Source: a virus
Lineage: Duplodnaviria > Caudoviricetes
Length of the DNA: 25,049 bases
Direction: 5' to 3' (one strand)
Virus record (IMG/VR): IMGVR_UViG_3300027892_000146
Location: 1-25,049 of that record
Position numbers and translations under genes: made by a program
In this document: in pieces, positions 17,001-24,855 of the stretch
Position numbering within the stretch: position 1 is the first letter of the stretch
How the letters are laid out: the number at the start of each line of letters is the position of its first letter
The notes under the pieces: model-generated
Seen by the model: only the letters and a program-made list of their open reading frames with translations
Databases searched by the model: none
What the model was told of the DNA's origin: nothing

Positions 17001-18424
17001 TAGAAGACCTTCCTTTACCAGAACTTGATAAAGCAATTAATGATTTAAGAAACGTAGGAGGCTTGGATGCCAAGTACTCTGAATTTGCTGACATTCTTGA
17101 AAAATATAAAAAAGATATAGATTCAAGAGGGGGGCAAGACGGTGCAATTGGCGCCGAGCCAGTAAATAAAATTAATCCAGAGGAAGTTGCTAACCAACGT
17201 GTAGCAGAGAACGCTAATGCCTTTGGTGCTGATGAAAATGTTAGAAAAATACTTGCTGATGATTTAGTTGTAGATAATGACCCTCTTTTACAACCATTTG
17301 CAGAAGAAATTAAAGAATTTTTTGCTGATGCAGAGCCAAAGGCTTTAGCAAAACTATCTGCACCTGCTCGTCAAGCTCTTAATAAATTTGTTGCTAAAAC
17401 TCTTAAAGACCCAAATAAGGCTGCCTTTCCAAGTGACCCTGACGAAAGGAAAGCAGCAGAACAAAATCTTGCAAATCTTGCTTTCCAACTAAGAGAAGAA
17501 AAACTAGCCTTTGCACCAAACTCTAATGATTTAGGGGTAGGCAATGAGATTCTTGATATTGATGTTAGTGAGATGAAAAAATTTGCTGATTTCTTGTTAA
17601 ACAATAGTATTGACAGAGCACGTCTAAAAATAAACGGACAAAAAACTGCTTTTGACATAATCCCTTTCAAAGGTGATGACAAAGGCGTTAATATAACTTA
17701 TATGTTGATACATAGAGAAACTGGACGCAAGTTTATTATTAAAAAAGATACTATGGTAGGAGAACGAGGTGCTGATGCCGAAATTGCTTCTGCAAAACTT
17801 GCTCTTGCTTTGAATATTGCTGGTGCGTATAAGGTTGTACGTCATAATAAAAATAAGGATGTAGTCATTACTGCTTATGCTGGGGAAATGCTCGACCTTG
17901 TCGAAGACCCAAAGCGAGTTGGAGACACAAAGTTTGTCAGTGACCACAGCGGGGCAGCACGGCAGGGTGCTTTGGTTGATGTTATTGGTTTAGCAATTAT
18001 GGACGCTATTCTTGTCAATGGAGACCGACACAGAAGTAATCTTTTGGTAGGAAGACTAAAGAACTTAGAGGGAGTAAATGACCCAGATAATCTAGAGGAA
18101 GTTCAGTTTATGCCAATTGACCACGGTTTGGCTGCTATAATTGTTAGAGGCCGCAATGAGTCCCCTGAAAACTATATTGATGGCGCTAGTGGGGATGATA
18201 GTCATAGAAGAGCAGTAAATATTGCTGCAAAACTTATAGACCTTATTGGAGTAGATGTCTATAAACAAATTAATGATATGACAATTCAGCAAGCAGTTCA
18301 GGCATTACAAAGAGAGCGCGGCTCTGATATATCTGATGCTGACTTAGATTTAATTATTTCAAGACTAGAACTTCTTCGTGGAATTGACAATTCCAAGTGG
18401 AAACAAATTCTAAAGAAGCGATAG
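11000..18424 (+). CDS. Giant (2474 aa) multidomain head-module protein with GNAT-like, WYL-like and C-terminal HipA/PI3-PI4-kinase-like domains
   Basis: Uninterrupted ORF with SD GGAGGG and ATGA overlap. Kinase motifs FIIKK..AEIAS, NGDRHRSNLL, PIDHG. GNAT motif A VEIKREHRGNKLA. WYL-like IRRAMDAGDEVSFNYNGKTRYVKP..IKNFTISKM. Confidence 0.8.
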   Translation: MSRIKRISYAITPEGHRANAIKQAIDLRDRVLSIVDDSNFSTSTARKITKKAAFSVVMRSLEASKRLPLSLREHLAMKELNNYIALAKHNKSDFFYATNTDLLPISHPRSTREHSMTASALRISRSRWFAADPRITDERAKAVLASAFESVPGSVEHLYYSSILLSLPQGIVPGDALIAATDGNSSESRSARARRQRRDRKGRFAYEGGGIRALIRRASGEIFSISGRVVANAKNSRDVEVEFPDGKIAQVNPAKGEYVKAVLPTPDGYSPKPIVPSVSDEVINEKDLVFLDAPNGWVKDEAFKDFGDKVERYVDSNKEFVVFASKKDDGTKDYQILNAKSAEEIDVVNTWAEVQDRLEGKEDQILNPKARLPKQQAAPVETEGGFEYNYPDKAYKIRQDSEYDVQGRVDEESPDFTDDPVELAQNQDERDLLAALEQAVSPGEGGENALGVGALPFGKGDEFVPAEAIFFALQEAGMDAPMELAKIYDKKLGNNANEKALNDFRKKEEVVSGNTPELAESFKKVTEQNPDLEPPTEEPKFDAKKADLAPLPALLEGLSEKELEQFMETKDHIPYLPKNEEIEMPQGYNPLSPEPFAAWKEVTAENPDAILPEGFSDNPVYLAQEIPTNDLLKELRRSVEPGNEVPGAAVIALPTEDGEDFVANVPGEAVRDALQLKGVDTNAELKKIADEGFVGQKDEPIASVPTFPVRENYLPGDTPDAAGRKRAQDAQPGLPKDGDKSYRDPEKAIDMGGLGIRVGDRVLHRGKYKTVKRVDGEGLYRMVFFEEEFPGENNYLVVGIKQHSIKRPLENDGPETVDADGEKVIKLDGNRVGTHEFDGVEMKKVFGKWVMVNGMGGRKFGKYDTLEDAVKAIKESRGDKPTPVAELPLDTSADTDSKKLPDGYFIYRKDSEISPDLAGISIEKDGEEVGFLFWNKETKVIENVEIKREHRGNKLAKSAWDAAKEIEPELKHAEYRTPAGDKFAHSTGDVVPPLKPIGDWTQKDLDEAQARAESKEQKAELPVDMPVEKKPMNAYERLMAEQKAEAEAVEERVAKLKKDAEDRVDEQGRSVPEGWGFIAKNRPNFGQVDRPDNYFNVYGNNNFEASVDADGKITVKDRNGLLPDKSYDNWEDLQADLENQKSEYSAAARERVREIAKKYGYSDEQIAAFDSMSQQELADFFANPENHTKAYTEALDDLANSSAIDLPNPQQKARWAQMRKDEKILAQAGDAPSKSAENPLIQKPALDRLVLEIDKNDGYEANGLNFRINTEAFGAKADNIEVTPINWEPGDPIVARIDMDGGVDWENDAQYDKYAEAFNQAIQGLNPPKTADPLKESKELSEGDKAVIKNNAFVEENAGTLQPTEARNLKVGDFMWNAFFGRYEEILAMEPADMGRIKFTVFNVYNNKEEVRYFEMDSPLRNVRRPGIEDQAEPIPSAKAAPRGGKRKEIKRKPLGERIVGKEGRKVGGNVDAEGFYKDENGVPLKPGDVVVYHEEKNEKAKVWKRGVVKALVGAQVTEGEKAGAMVRKGVLYLDNLIVQWEGEDAEWAIKQGGREMKAKNLIRQEGEIGDIPLPDFRGGRAVPNAGRLVAPDAIADDFKFAVPLMEPVVRKDKDEDLEEQIRRAMDAGDEVSFNYNGKTRYVKPVKIWKNPVNNNVNVTAVENGEIKNFTISKMGYIEDPEGAALKRPAQAPAPEAKVEVPEAAEDKMNEIVAPTFDAIDEKQIRDGIADIVNQIRLRRDFYSKKGGWEGKTNAGTIDNAEVAIKAFSSSFNVDNPAEWEVEALEKAARRIRRVGEGMEPLADALDNLKKILKDEKRRAVLDKAAPEVAEIDLELGNNFADLENKEEIIKGFKFIAGKLPKEKNYRAPENLRKARGAIDSINEAFDSGAQVDEIKDYNIDIAIRRLDREIENPVATILAEKLKALQKDLETQRQALIDKRLNMPLPELPPVENIDNAGFEKVVNEIIQRMPRKGNDSVVGIRFQLANYVLPRVKNGFIDIEDLPLPELDKAINDLRNVGGLDAKYSEFADILEKYKKDIDSRGGQDGAIGAEPVNKINPEEVANQRVAENANAFGADENVRKILADDLVVDNDPLLQPFAEEIKEFFADAEPKALAKLSAPARQALNKFVAKTLKDPNKAAFPSDPDERKAAEQNLANLAFQLREEKLAFAPNSNDLGVGNEILDIDVSEMKKFADFLLNNSIDRARLKINGQKTAFDIIPFKGDDKGVNITYMLIHRETGRKFIIKKDTMVGERGADAEIASAKLALALNIAGAYKVVRHNKNKDVVITAYAGEMLDLVEDPKRVGDTKFVSDHSGAARQGALVDVIGLAIMDAILVNGDRHRSNLLVGRLKNLEGVNDPDNLEEVQFMPIDHGLAAIIVRGRNESPENYIDGASGDDSHRRAVNIAAKLIDLIGVDVYKQINDMTIQQAVQALQRERGSDISDADLDLIISRLELLRGIDNSKWKQILKKR

Positions 18425-18437
18425 GAAGGAATACATA

Positions 18438-19202
18438 ATGACTATAAAAATATACAGAGCGTATTCAAGCGACGAAAAATATAATGACGAGAACCATATT
18501 ATGTCCATAGTTGCTAGTGACAGCGACTTTGGTTATGCCGCCACGGAAGATAGCGGATTTGATGATGAAAGAAAAGCCATGCTTATAGAAACTCTTGAAT
18601 ACAACAAAAGAGAACTTCCCAAAGATGCTGATGGCTGGGCAGCACTTGCTATGTACAACATTTCAGGTTTTTCTTATGTAAATGTGACAGGAGAAGAAAG
18701 AATAGATGATTCTGACTTCTTAGACGCTTTAGAGTATGAAATTGAGGCAGTAAAAGATGCCAAAGAGTATAGAGATTCTATGAAGAAAAATCCTGTAACT
18801 GCAGCAGCAACAGTTTCTGAATGTCCACCTGCAACCAAAGACATTGCTCTTAATCTAAAAAATCGTAAGAACGCTATTGACACTGCTATGTACGGACCAC
18901 TTAACCCAGAAGAGCCAAACGATGAGTACTGGCAAGCACTGGGCTCAGAGTGGGGAGTAGATGTGCAAACTGCAAAGCAACAGCGCTGTGGCAATTGCGC
19001 TGTCTTTATAGTCACATCATCAATGAAGAGTTGCATCTCTGAAGGACTGACTGGAGAAAATAAGTCCGATGAGTTTGATGCAATAGATGAGGCTGGAGAA
19101 CTTGGATACTGCGAAGCATTCGATTTCAAATGTGCCTCTGCTAGAACCTGCCGTGCATGGGTTTCGGGAGGTCCGATTGATGACTCTAAGGCAAAGGAGT
19201 AG
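18438..19202 (+). CDS. Two-domain protein: acidic N-terminal domain plus Cys-rich phage domain
   Basis: SD GGAAGGA; C-terminal CPPATKDIALNLKNR..YGPLNP..RCGNCAVF..GYCEAFDFKCASARTCRAW. Confidence 0.8.
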   Translation: MTIKIYRAYSSDEKYNDENHIMSIVASDSDFGYAATEDSGFDDERKAMLIETLEYNKRELPKDADGWAALAMYNISGFSYVNVTGEERIDDSDFLDALEYEIEAVKDAKEYRDSMKKNPVTAAATVSECPPATKDIALNLKNRKNAIDTAMYGPLNPEEPNDEYWQALGSEWGVDVQTAKQQRCGNCAVFIVTSSMKSCISEGLTGENKSDEFDAIDEAGELGYCEAFDFKCASARTCRAWVSGGPIDDSKAKE

Positions 19203-19204
19203 TT

Positions 19205-19504
19205 ATGGCTTTTACACCAGATAAACCAGAGTTTGCGCAGGATTTAATCTGTCACTGCGATCCAGACATTAACCAGGCAGCCATTTTAACTTATCAGTCA
19301 GACGACGGGCTTTTTTACCGCGACAATTCTGAGTGGAAAGAGATTAGTAAGGAAGACGACTGGGAGTTTGATTTTGATGGTTTAATTATTGTATATGTGT
19401 ATCCAGCATTTATATCCGCATATGACGAAGCAGAGGAAAAAGACTTGGCTCTTCCGATCGAGGAAGTTGTAAAATATGAGTCAGTTAGGTTAGAGACGGA
19501 GTAA
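19205..19504 (+). CDS. Acidic hypothetical protein
   Basis: SD AAGGAG; tightly packed in the operon. Confidence 0.75.
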   Translation: MAFTPDKPEFAQDLICHCDPDINQAAILTYQSDDGLFYRDNSEWKEISKEDDWEFDFDGLIIVYVYPAFISAYDEAEEKDLALPIEEVVKYESVRLETE

Positions 19505-19506
19505 AG

Positions 19507-22500
19507 ATGCAATTCATAGGTAGAAGCGGGAATAGCGCCTTATTTGTGCTCGAAAACAAGGCTGTAATTGTCGATGAAAAAAGAAATTTAGTTTCATCCA
19601 TTGATTATGCAGATGCTCTTGTTGCTTCTTTCACCCCTGAGGAGAATCAAGAAAACCCATCTTCTACCTCTTACGAGTTAGCAAATGCTGCAATATCAGA
19701 CCTAGATATAAAGATTTTTTCAAATAATGATCGTTTGTACACGATTCCAAAATCAGTTCAGTCAGAGGCAAAACGTGCCTTAGAGTGGCGTAAAAAGTAT
19801 GATCGTGCTGGTACGCCTGTAGGTTTAAATACTGCTAGAACTCTTGCTCGTGGCGGCCAAATTGGTATTCGTAAAATTCGTCATATTGCTAAATACTTCC
19901 CGCGTCATGAAGTAGATAAAAAAGGTAAAGGCTACGAGCCTTCAGAACCTGGCTATCCTTCAAACGGACGTATCGCTTGGGCGCTCTGGGGAGGGGATTC
20001 TGGAGAACGCTGGGCCAGTGCAATAGTTGCTCGTGAAAATAAAAAGGCTCAGGCTAACTCAATTACTGCTTCATATAAATTTGTTATGTCCGACTACGAG
20101 TCACCAGAAAAGGTAGAACTTAATTCTTTTATAGAGTCAGAGATGTTGCCAGAAGAGATGGCTCCTCAATTCTTTATTCGTATTCGTTTAGATGGCACTG
20201 GGATTGACCGCTTGTATAAAGTAAATATAGATGGTTCAGTTTTTGTCTGGGACGATGCAATGTGGGAAGACCTTGGAAATATTAACAATGATTTCCACAC
20301 TTATGATAGAAGTCTTGACGACCCTTATGACATGGTTGAGAAAATACATGTTCCTGTAGACACAGAAACTGCAATTATTGTTTCAGGAAACTTAGACTCC
20401 AATCCGATGAAACCAATCTCTATATCTCAAGTAAATCAAGAAGAGTCTGAAATATTTGTAGATGAGATGGATGGAATTGATTGGCAGTTAATTAATGAAA
20501 TCTCTTACGATGAGAATGTTTATGGGGAGTACGAGGATTTCTCTGACTCTTCTGTAACTGCAGCAGGAGAGGCCCCCTCTGGAGCACCTGTAACAAATCA
20601 AGACGGAGATTACACTCCAGAAGAGCGCTCACAAAAAGCAAGCTCTCAGGTACGAGATGCGACAGGAAAGTTTGCTAAGTCTGGTGGAAGAGTTGTTATC
20701 GGAAAAAAGCAAGAGTACTCAGGAACAATTCAATCTATTAACCCTGCTAATCAAAGCGTAAAGGTTAAATTAGATAATGGAAACTTTGTAGATGTACCTG
20801 CAAATACAACAGAATCGGCAGACACTTTTAAGCCAATGCCTCAGGTTAAATCTGATGTTTCAACTAAGCAGTTAACTAAAAATATTCTTGGAGACCCTCG
20901 CACTCCTATTGATAGACCAACAGCAACTCTTCCTGGAAATCTTCCACAGTTGCGGGTAAATCAAGTTCAAACAATTATTAATGATTTTTCTCCTTGGGTA
21001 GCAGATACTAGACAATCAGAACCTGTAGCCCCAGCGTCATCTCCATCAGCACCTAACGAGCCACGTAAAACTCCTAATGCGTATAACGACCCATCTCTGC
21101 GTGCATTTTTAGAAAAGACAGTAATAAAAGATGGAAAAAGTTCTAATCCAAATGCTATTTGGTATAGACCAGACATTTCTAAAACACCAGCAGGCGTAGA
21201 CGATATAGAAGCATATAAACCAACAAAAGATTTAAAGCCATCTCCAGGATTATCCCCAGTGCCTTGGTTACAACAGCCTGCTCCAGGAATTAGTGGACCT
21301 GCAAAGACTTCACCAACTAGTACTACTGCACCCGCAAAAAGTACATCTTCTGGTACAGCAGCCCCCACAAAGGGCAAGTATGTCAATGTACCTCCCACAG
21401 GATACTCAACTGGAGGAAGCACACCTACAACAATTTATCCTGGGGAATCTGTTGATTCAATTAGCGATAAGGGAGAAGTTGGTTCTGTTGTACAGAAGTT
21501 TAAAGACAATGCTGGAAAAGAAATTACAGAATATAAAGGCGCTGATGGTTCTAAATGGTTTGGGCAAAAAGGAACAGTTGTCCCTAAAGGATTTAAACTT
21601 TATGAAGATGGCTCTATAGGGCCCAACGACCCTAAAAATCCTCCTAAGGGTTCATACGACAGCTCGAAGACTGGACCTGATGGTCAAGCGGGTAAGGTTG
21701 TAAAAACATTTACAGACAATGTTACTAACAGGGTTCGCACAAAATACAGTGATGGAAAAACAAGTTGGTATGGAGAAAAGAATACGATTGTTGCTCCAGG
21801 ATTTGCAATGCAAGAAGATGGTGCTTTGGCAAGAATTAAAAAGCCAAGTATTCAGGCTTCAGGATTTATTGCAGCAGCAGAAACTGAAGTAGAACTTACC
21901 CCAGAGACATCAGATGTTCCGCCAATCTACATGGCAATTGTTTCTCCAGATGACCCTCAGGCTGTTATGGATTTAGTTTCATTGGTACCTGCTACTGATA
22001 AAACAACTAATCCAATAACTTACAAGCGCAAGCCAGGCGTGTGGGAAAAAGACCAGCAAATTTTCAACGACTTAAATAGTCCTACTCCTCCACCAGTTAT
22101 TGTTTTAGATGATGACAACCTTGCTTTGGTATTAGACCAAATTGATTCTGCAAAACCAACAACTGCCTCTATCAACAATATTGATTCAAAAATAGTTGCT
22201 TTGATGGCAGCAGGTGGTGTTGATAGAAACCGTGGTAACGCCGAGAAACTTCGTCGCTACTGGGTATATGGAAAAGGCGCAGCAAAGATTCGTTGGAATA
22301 CTGCAGGTGACTGGACTCGCTGCGTTCGCCAACTCTCTAAATACATGGGTCCTCGAGCAAAAGGCTACTGCGCGTTGCGTCATAAAGAAGCAACTGGCAT
22401 GTGGACTGGAGATAAGGAGCACCGTCAACTTTATGGTAAAAAAGGAGTTAGAGCAGACGCTTTTAGTACAGACTTTATACTTCCTTCTGAGGCCGTACTC

Positions 22501-24855
22501 GAAGCAACCTCTCTTAAAACAAGAGCAGCAAATGCAAGAAGTAGAGTTGTCTTAGCAGGAGCAGAGGTAGAAGAGGTTAGAGGAGCAGAGTTTGTTATTC
22601 CTCTAGTAATCCCAGAAGATACCGAGTCTGGAGACGGTCGTAAATTTGAAAAGGGCGCCATCACTATGCGTGAACTCCCTCTCCCATTTTTATGGCAAAT
22701 TAAGACTGGAGAAGGTCATTCTGGATCAGTTGTAATTGGAACAATTCTTTCCATGGAAAGAGTAGACCAAGGTATTGGAAATGCCAGAGGGTATTTTGAT
22801 ACTGGAGAGTACGGAAAAGAAGCGGAAAGACTAGTTCGTGGAGGCTTCATTCGTGGAGTTTCTGCTGATATGGACATGTTTGAAGCAGATGAAGAAGATG
22901 AAAATGCTGAAAATGACTCTAACAAAAAAGTTGGAGCAGGTAAAATGAAGATAACTAAGGCAAGAGTTATGGCTGTAACTCTTGTCCCTAAACCCGCTTT
23001 TCAAGAATGTCGAGTAGAACTCGCAGACCAAAGCGGAGGAGAGCAGGAGGAAGAAGTGATCTCTGATGGAGTCTATGTCGAAGGATTAAATCCTCTCGAC
23101 GCATCAGCGTTAGTAGCCTGTGGAATTGTGGCTGGAATGATTCCAGTTACTCCACCAAAGGATTGGTTTGATAATCCAAAATTAAAAAAACCAACCGCGC
23201 TAACTGTAACTGATGACGGTCAAGTGTATGGTCACATCGCTGCATGGCATGTAGACCATATTGGAATGTCTTATGGAACTCGTCCTCCACGGAGCAAGAG
23301 TAGCTATGCATACTTCCACACTGGTGCTGTACGTGCTGAAGACGGAACAGATGTTCCAGTCGGACAATTAACTTTAGCTGGAGGACATGCTTCTCTTGAA
23401 GCCAGTGCTTCAGAAGCAGTTCGTCATTACGATGACACAGCGTCTGCAGTAGCAGATGTACATGCTGGAGAAGATGCTTACGGCATCTGGGTATCAGGAG
23501 CACTTCGCCCTGGAACAAGTCCAGAACAAATTCGTGCTTTACGTGCCTCTGCTCCGTCAGGAGATTGGAGACCAATTAAGGGTGCTCTAGAGCTTGTAGC
23601 AATCTGTCAGGTAAATGTTCCTGGCTTCCCAATTGCTCGTGCTCGCGTTGCATCAGGTCAAGTTATGGCACTTGTTGCTGCTGGTGCAAGCGTTCTTGCT
23701 CAACTCAAGAATGACCCTCTAGCAGAACTACATACTCGAATTGATAAACTAGAAGCACCATTAATTGCTGCTAGTAATAGTGCTAAAGATAGAATGAGAG
23801 TAATTACTGCTTCAATTAAAGCAGCTGAATTATCTAACAAAGTAAATATGATGAAGCAAGAATCTTCTTCTTATATGCTTCAAAGTATTGACAATTCAGA
23901 AGCAGAGTTAGCAGTCATTACTCGTAAAAAACGTATGGAATTAGCAAAAGATAAAAAAGCACTTCCAGACGGCTCATTTCCTATTAGAAATGTCTCTGAT
24001 TTAAAAAATGCTGTATATGCCTATGGTCGTGCTAAGCCAGGAAATCGTGGCCGAGTTCGCCGTCATATCGTTAAGATGGCTCGTCAACTGGACCGTAAAG
24101 ACTTAATCCCAGAGAACTGGAAAGAAGCATCTATCAACGATGTAGACAGTATTGCTGCTAGTTTAAGAGCAAGAATCTCTATTGTTGAGTCAGTTGTTGC
24201 TGCTGCAGGTATGGTCAGCGACGTTAAAGATGACGCTATTGCCACACCTGATTTGACAAAAGAAGACCTAGAAGGTCTTACAGATGAAGAAACAGATATA
24301 CTAAAAAAAGAAGTTAAGAGTAAGCAGGACGCAGAAAAAGATAGAGCTAAATACACACCTAAAACCCAACCTCGTGATGCCACGGGGAAGTTTCGACAAG
24401 TGCTTGCTCGGTTGAAATTGAACTTAGGTGATGCTGGATCAGACGCTGTATTAAAGAAGATTGAAGAAGTTGACAATCTAGATAACACTGGTGACTATGC
24501 TGAAGCAGCCAAGGCTGCTGGCGATTTGCTAGATATTGTAGATAGATTAGATACAGGTGCCCTTAACGCTGAGGCTATAGGCAATGTTAGAGACAGTGCT
24601 GGAGAGTTAGGTAAGGTTATTGCTAACCTGCCTTTCGCCTTCGGTGAGGACGCCCAGAAGATTCGATTTAGCGATGTACCCCCTGCCCTACAGAGCCTCA
24701 TGGAAAAGATGATTACTCGGGTCGAGGACAAAATTGGCAAAAAGGACGCAGACGTTGCCACTCAGGGTATGAAGGATTTCATGTCGGGCCAAGAGGTATA
24801 TAGCCAGAGTGAGATATCTAGTCAAATGTCTAAGTTACTTAGGCTACTTACCTGA
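19507..24855 (+). CDS. Capsid maturation (prohead) protease fusion protein, 1782 aa
   Basis: Protease core at about 22588-23022 (ESGDGRKF, LPLPFLWQ, GH, GVSADMD, VTLVPKPAF). Second actinophage-type domain at about 23150-23640 (VYGHIAAW, GGHA, HYDD, GEDAYGIWVSG, SGDWR, VNVPGFP). Several further head-protein modules. Confidence 0.85.
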   Translation: MQFIGRSGNSALFVLENKAVIVDEKRNLVSSIDYADALVASFTPEENQENPSSTSYELANAAISDLDIKIFSNNDRLYTIPKSVQSEAKRALEWRKKYDRAGTPVGLNTARTLARGGQIGIRKIRHIAKYFPRHEVDKKGKGYEPSEPGYPSNGRIAWALWGGDSGERWASAIVARENKKAQANSITASYKFVMSDYESPEKVELNSFIESEMLPEEMAPQFFIRIRLDGTGIDRLYKVNIDGSVFVWDDAMWEDLGNINNDFHTYDRSLDDPYDMVEKIHVPVDTETAIIVSGNLDSNPMKPISISQVNQEESEIFVDEMDGIDWQLINEISYDENVYGEYEDFSDSSVTAAGEAPSGAPVTNQDGDYTPEERSQKASSQVRDATGKFAKSGGRVVIGKKQEYSGTIQSINPANQSVKVKLDNGNFVDVPANTTESADTFKPMPQVKSDVSTKQLTKNILGDPRTPIDRPTATLPGNLPQLRVNQVQTIINDFSPWVADTRQSEPVAPASSPSAPNEPRKTPNAYNDPSLRAFLEKTVIKDGKSSNPNAIWYRPDISKTPAGVDDIEAYKPTKDLKPSPGLSPVPWLQQPAPGISGPAKTSPTSTTAPAKSTSSGTAAPTKGKYVNVPPTGYSTGGSTPTTIYPGESVDSISDKGEVGSVVQKFKDNAGKEITEYKGADGSKWFGQKGTVVPKGFKLYEDGSIGPNDPKNPPKGSYDSSKTGPDGQAGKVVKTFTDNVTNRVRTKYSDGKTSWYGEKNTIVAPGFAMQEDGALARIKKPSIQASGFIAAAETEVELTPETSDVPPIYMAIVSPDDPQAVMDLVSLVPATDKTTNPITYKRKPGVWEKDQQIFNDLNSPTPPPVIVLDDDNLALVLDQIDSAKPTTASINNIDSKIVALMAAGGVDRNRGNAEKLRRYWVYGKGAAKIRWNTAGDWTRCVRQLSKYMGPRAKGYCALRHKEATGMWTGDKEHRQLYGKKGVRADAFSTDFILPSEAVLEATSLKTRAANARSRVVLAGAEVEEVRGAEFVIPLVIPEDTESGDGRKFEKGAITMRELPLPFLWQIKTGEGHSGSVVIGTILSMERVDQGIGNARGYFDTGEYGKEAERLVRGGFIRGVSADMDMFEADEEDENAENDSNKKVGAGKMKITKARVMAVTLVPKPAFQECRVELADQSGGEQEEEVISDGVYVEGLNPLDASALVACGIVAGMIPVTPPKDWFDNPKLKKPTALTVTDDGQVYGHIAAWHVDHIGMSYGTRPPRSKSSYAYFHTGAVRAEDGTDVPVGQLTLAGGHASLEASASEAVRHYDDTASAVADVHAGEDAYGIWVSGALRPGTSPEQIRALRASAPSGDWRPIKGALELVAICQVNVPGFPIARARVASGQVMALVAAGASVLAQLKNDPLAELHTRIDKLEAPLIAASNSAKDRMRVITASIKAAELSNKVNMMKQESSSYMLQSIDNSEAELAVITRKKRMELAKDKKALPDGSFPIRNVSDLKNAVYAYGRAKPGNRGRVRRHIVKMARQLDRKDLIPENWKEASINDVDSIAASLRARISIVESVVAAAGMVSDVKDDAIATPDLTKEDLEGLTDEETDILKKEVKSKQDAEKDRAKYTPKTQPRDATGKFRQVLARLKLNLGDAGSDAVLKKIEEVDNLDNTGDYAEAAKAAGDLLDIVDRLDTGALNAEAIGNVRDSAGELGKVIANLPFAFGEDAQKIRFSDVPPALQSLMEKMITRVEDKIGKKDADVATQGMKDFMSGQEVYSQSEISSQMSKLLRLLT

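Noticed and set aside
11000-18424. Tape measure protein or virion RNA polymerase as the identity of the giant ORF
   Set aside because: Located in the head module, acidic and Pro-rich, lacks TMP-type repeats and RNAP catalytic motifs such as DxDGD in the NADFDGD context
8051-24761. Many antisense and alternate-frame ORFs within the structural genes (e.g. 14999-15547, 20967-21422, 23147-23575)
   Set aside because: Shadow ORFs of long coding frames with no SD or motifs
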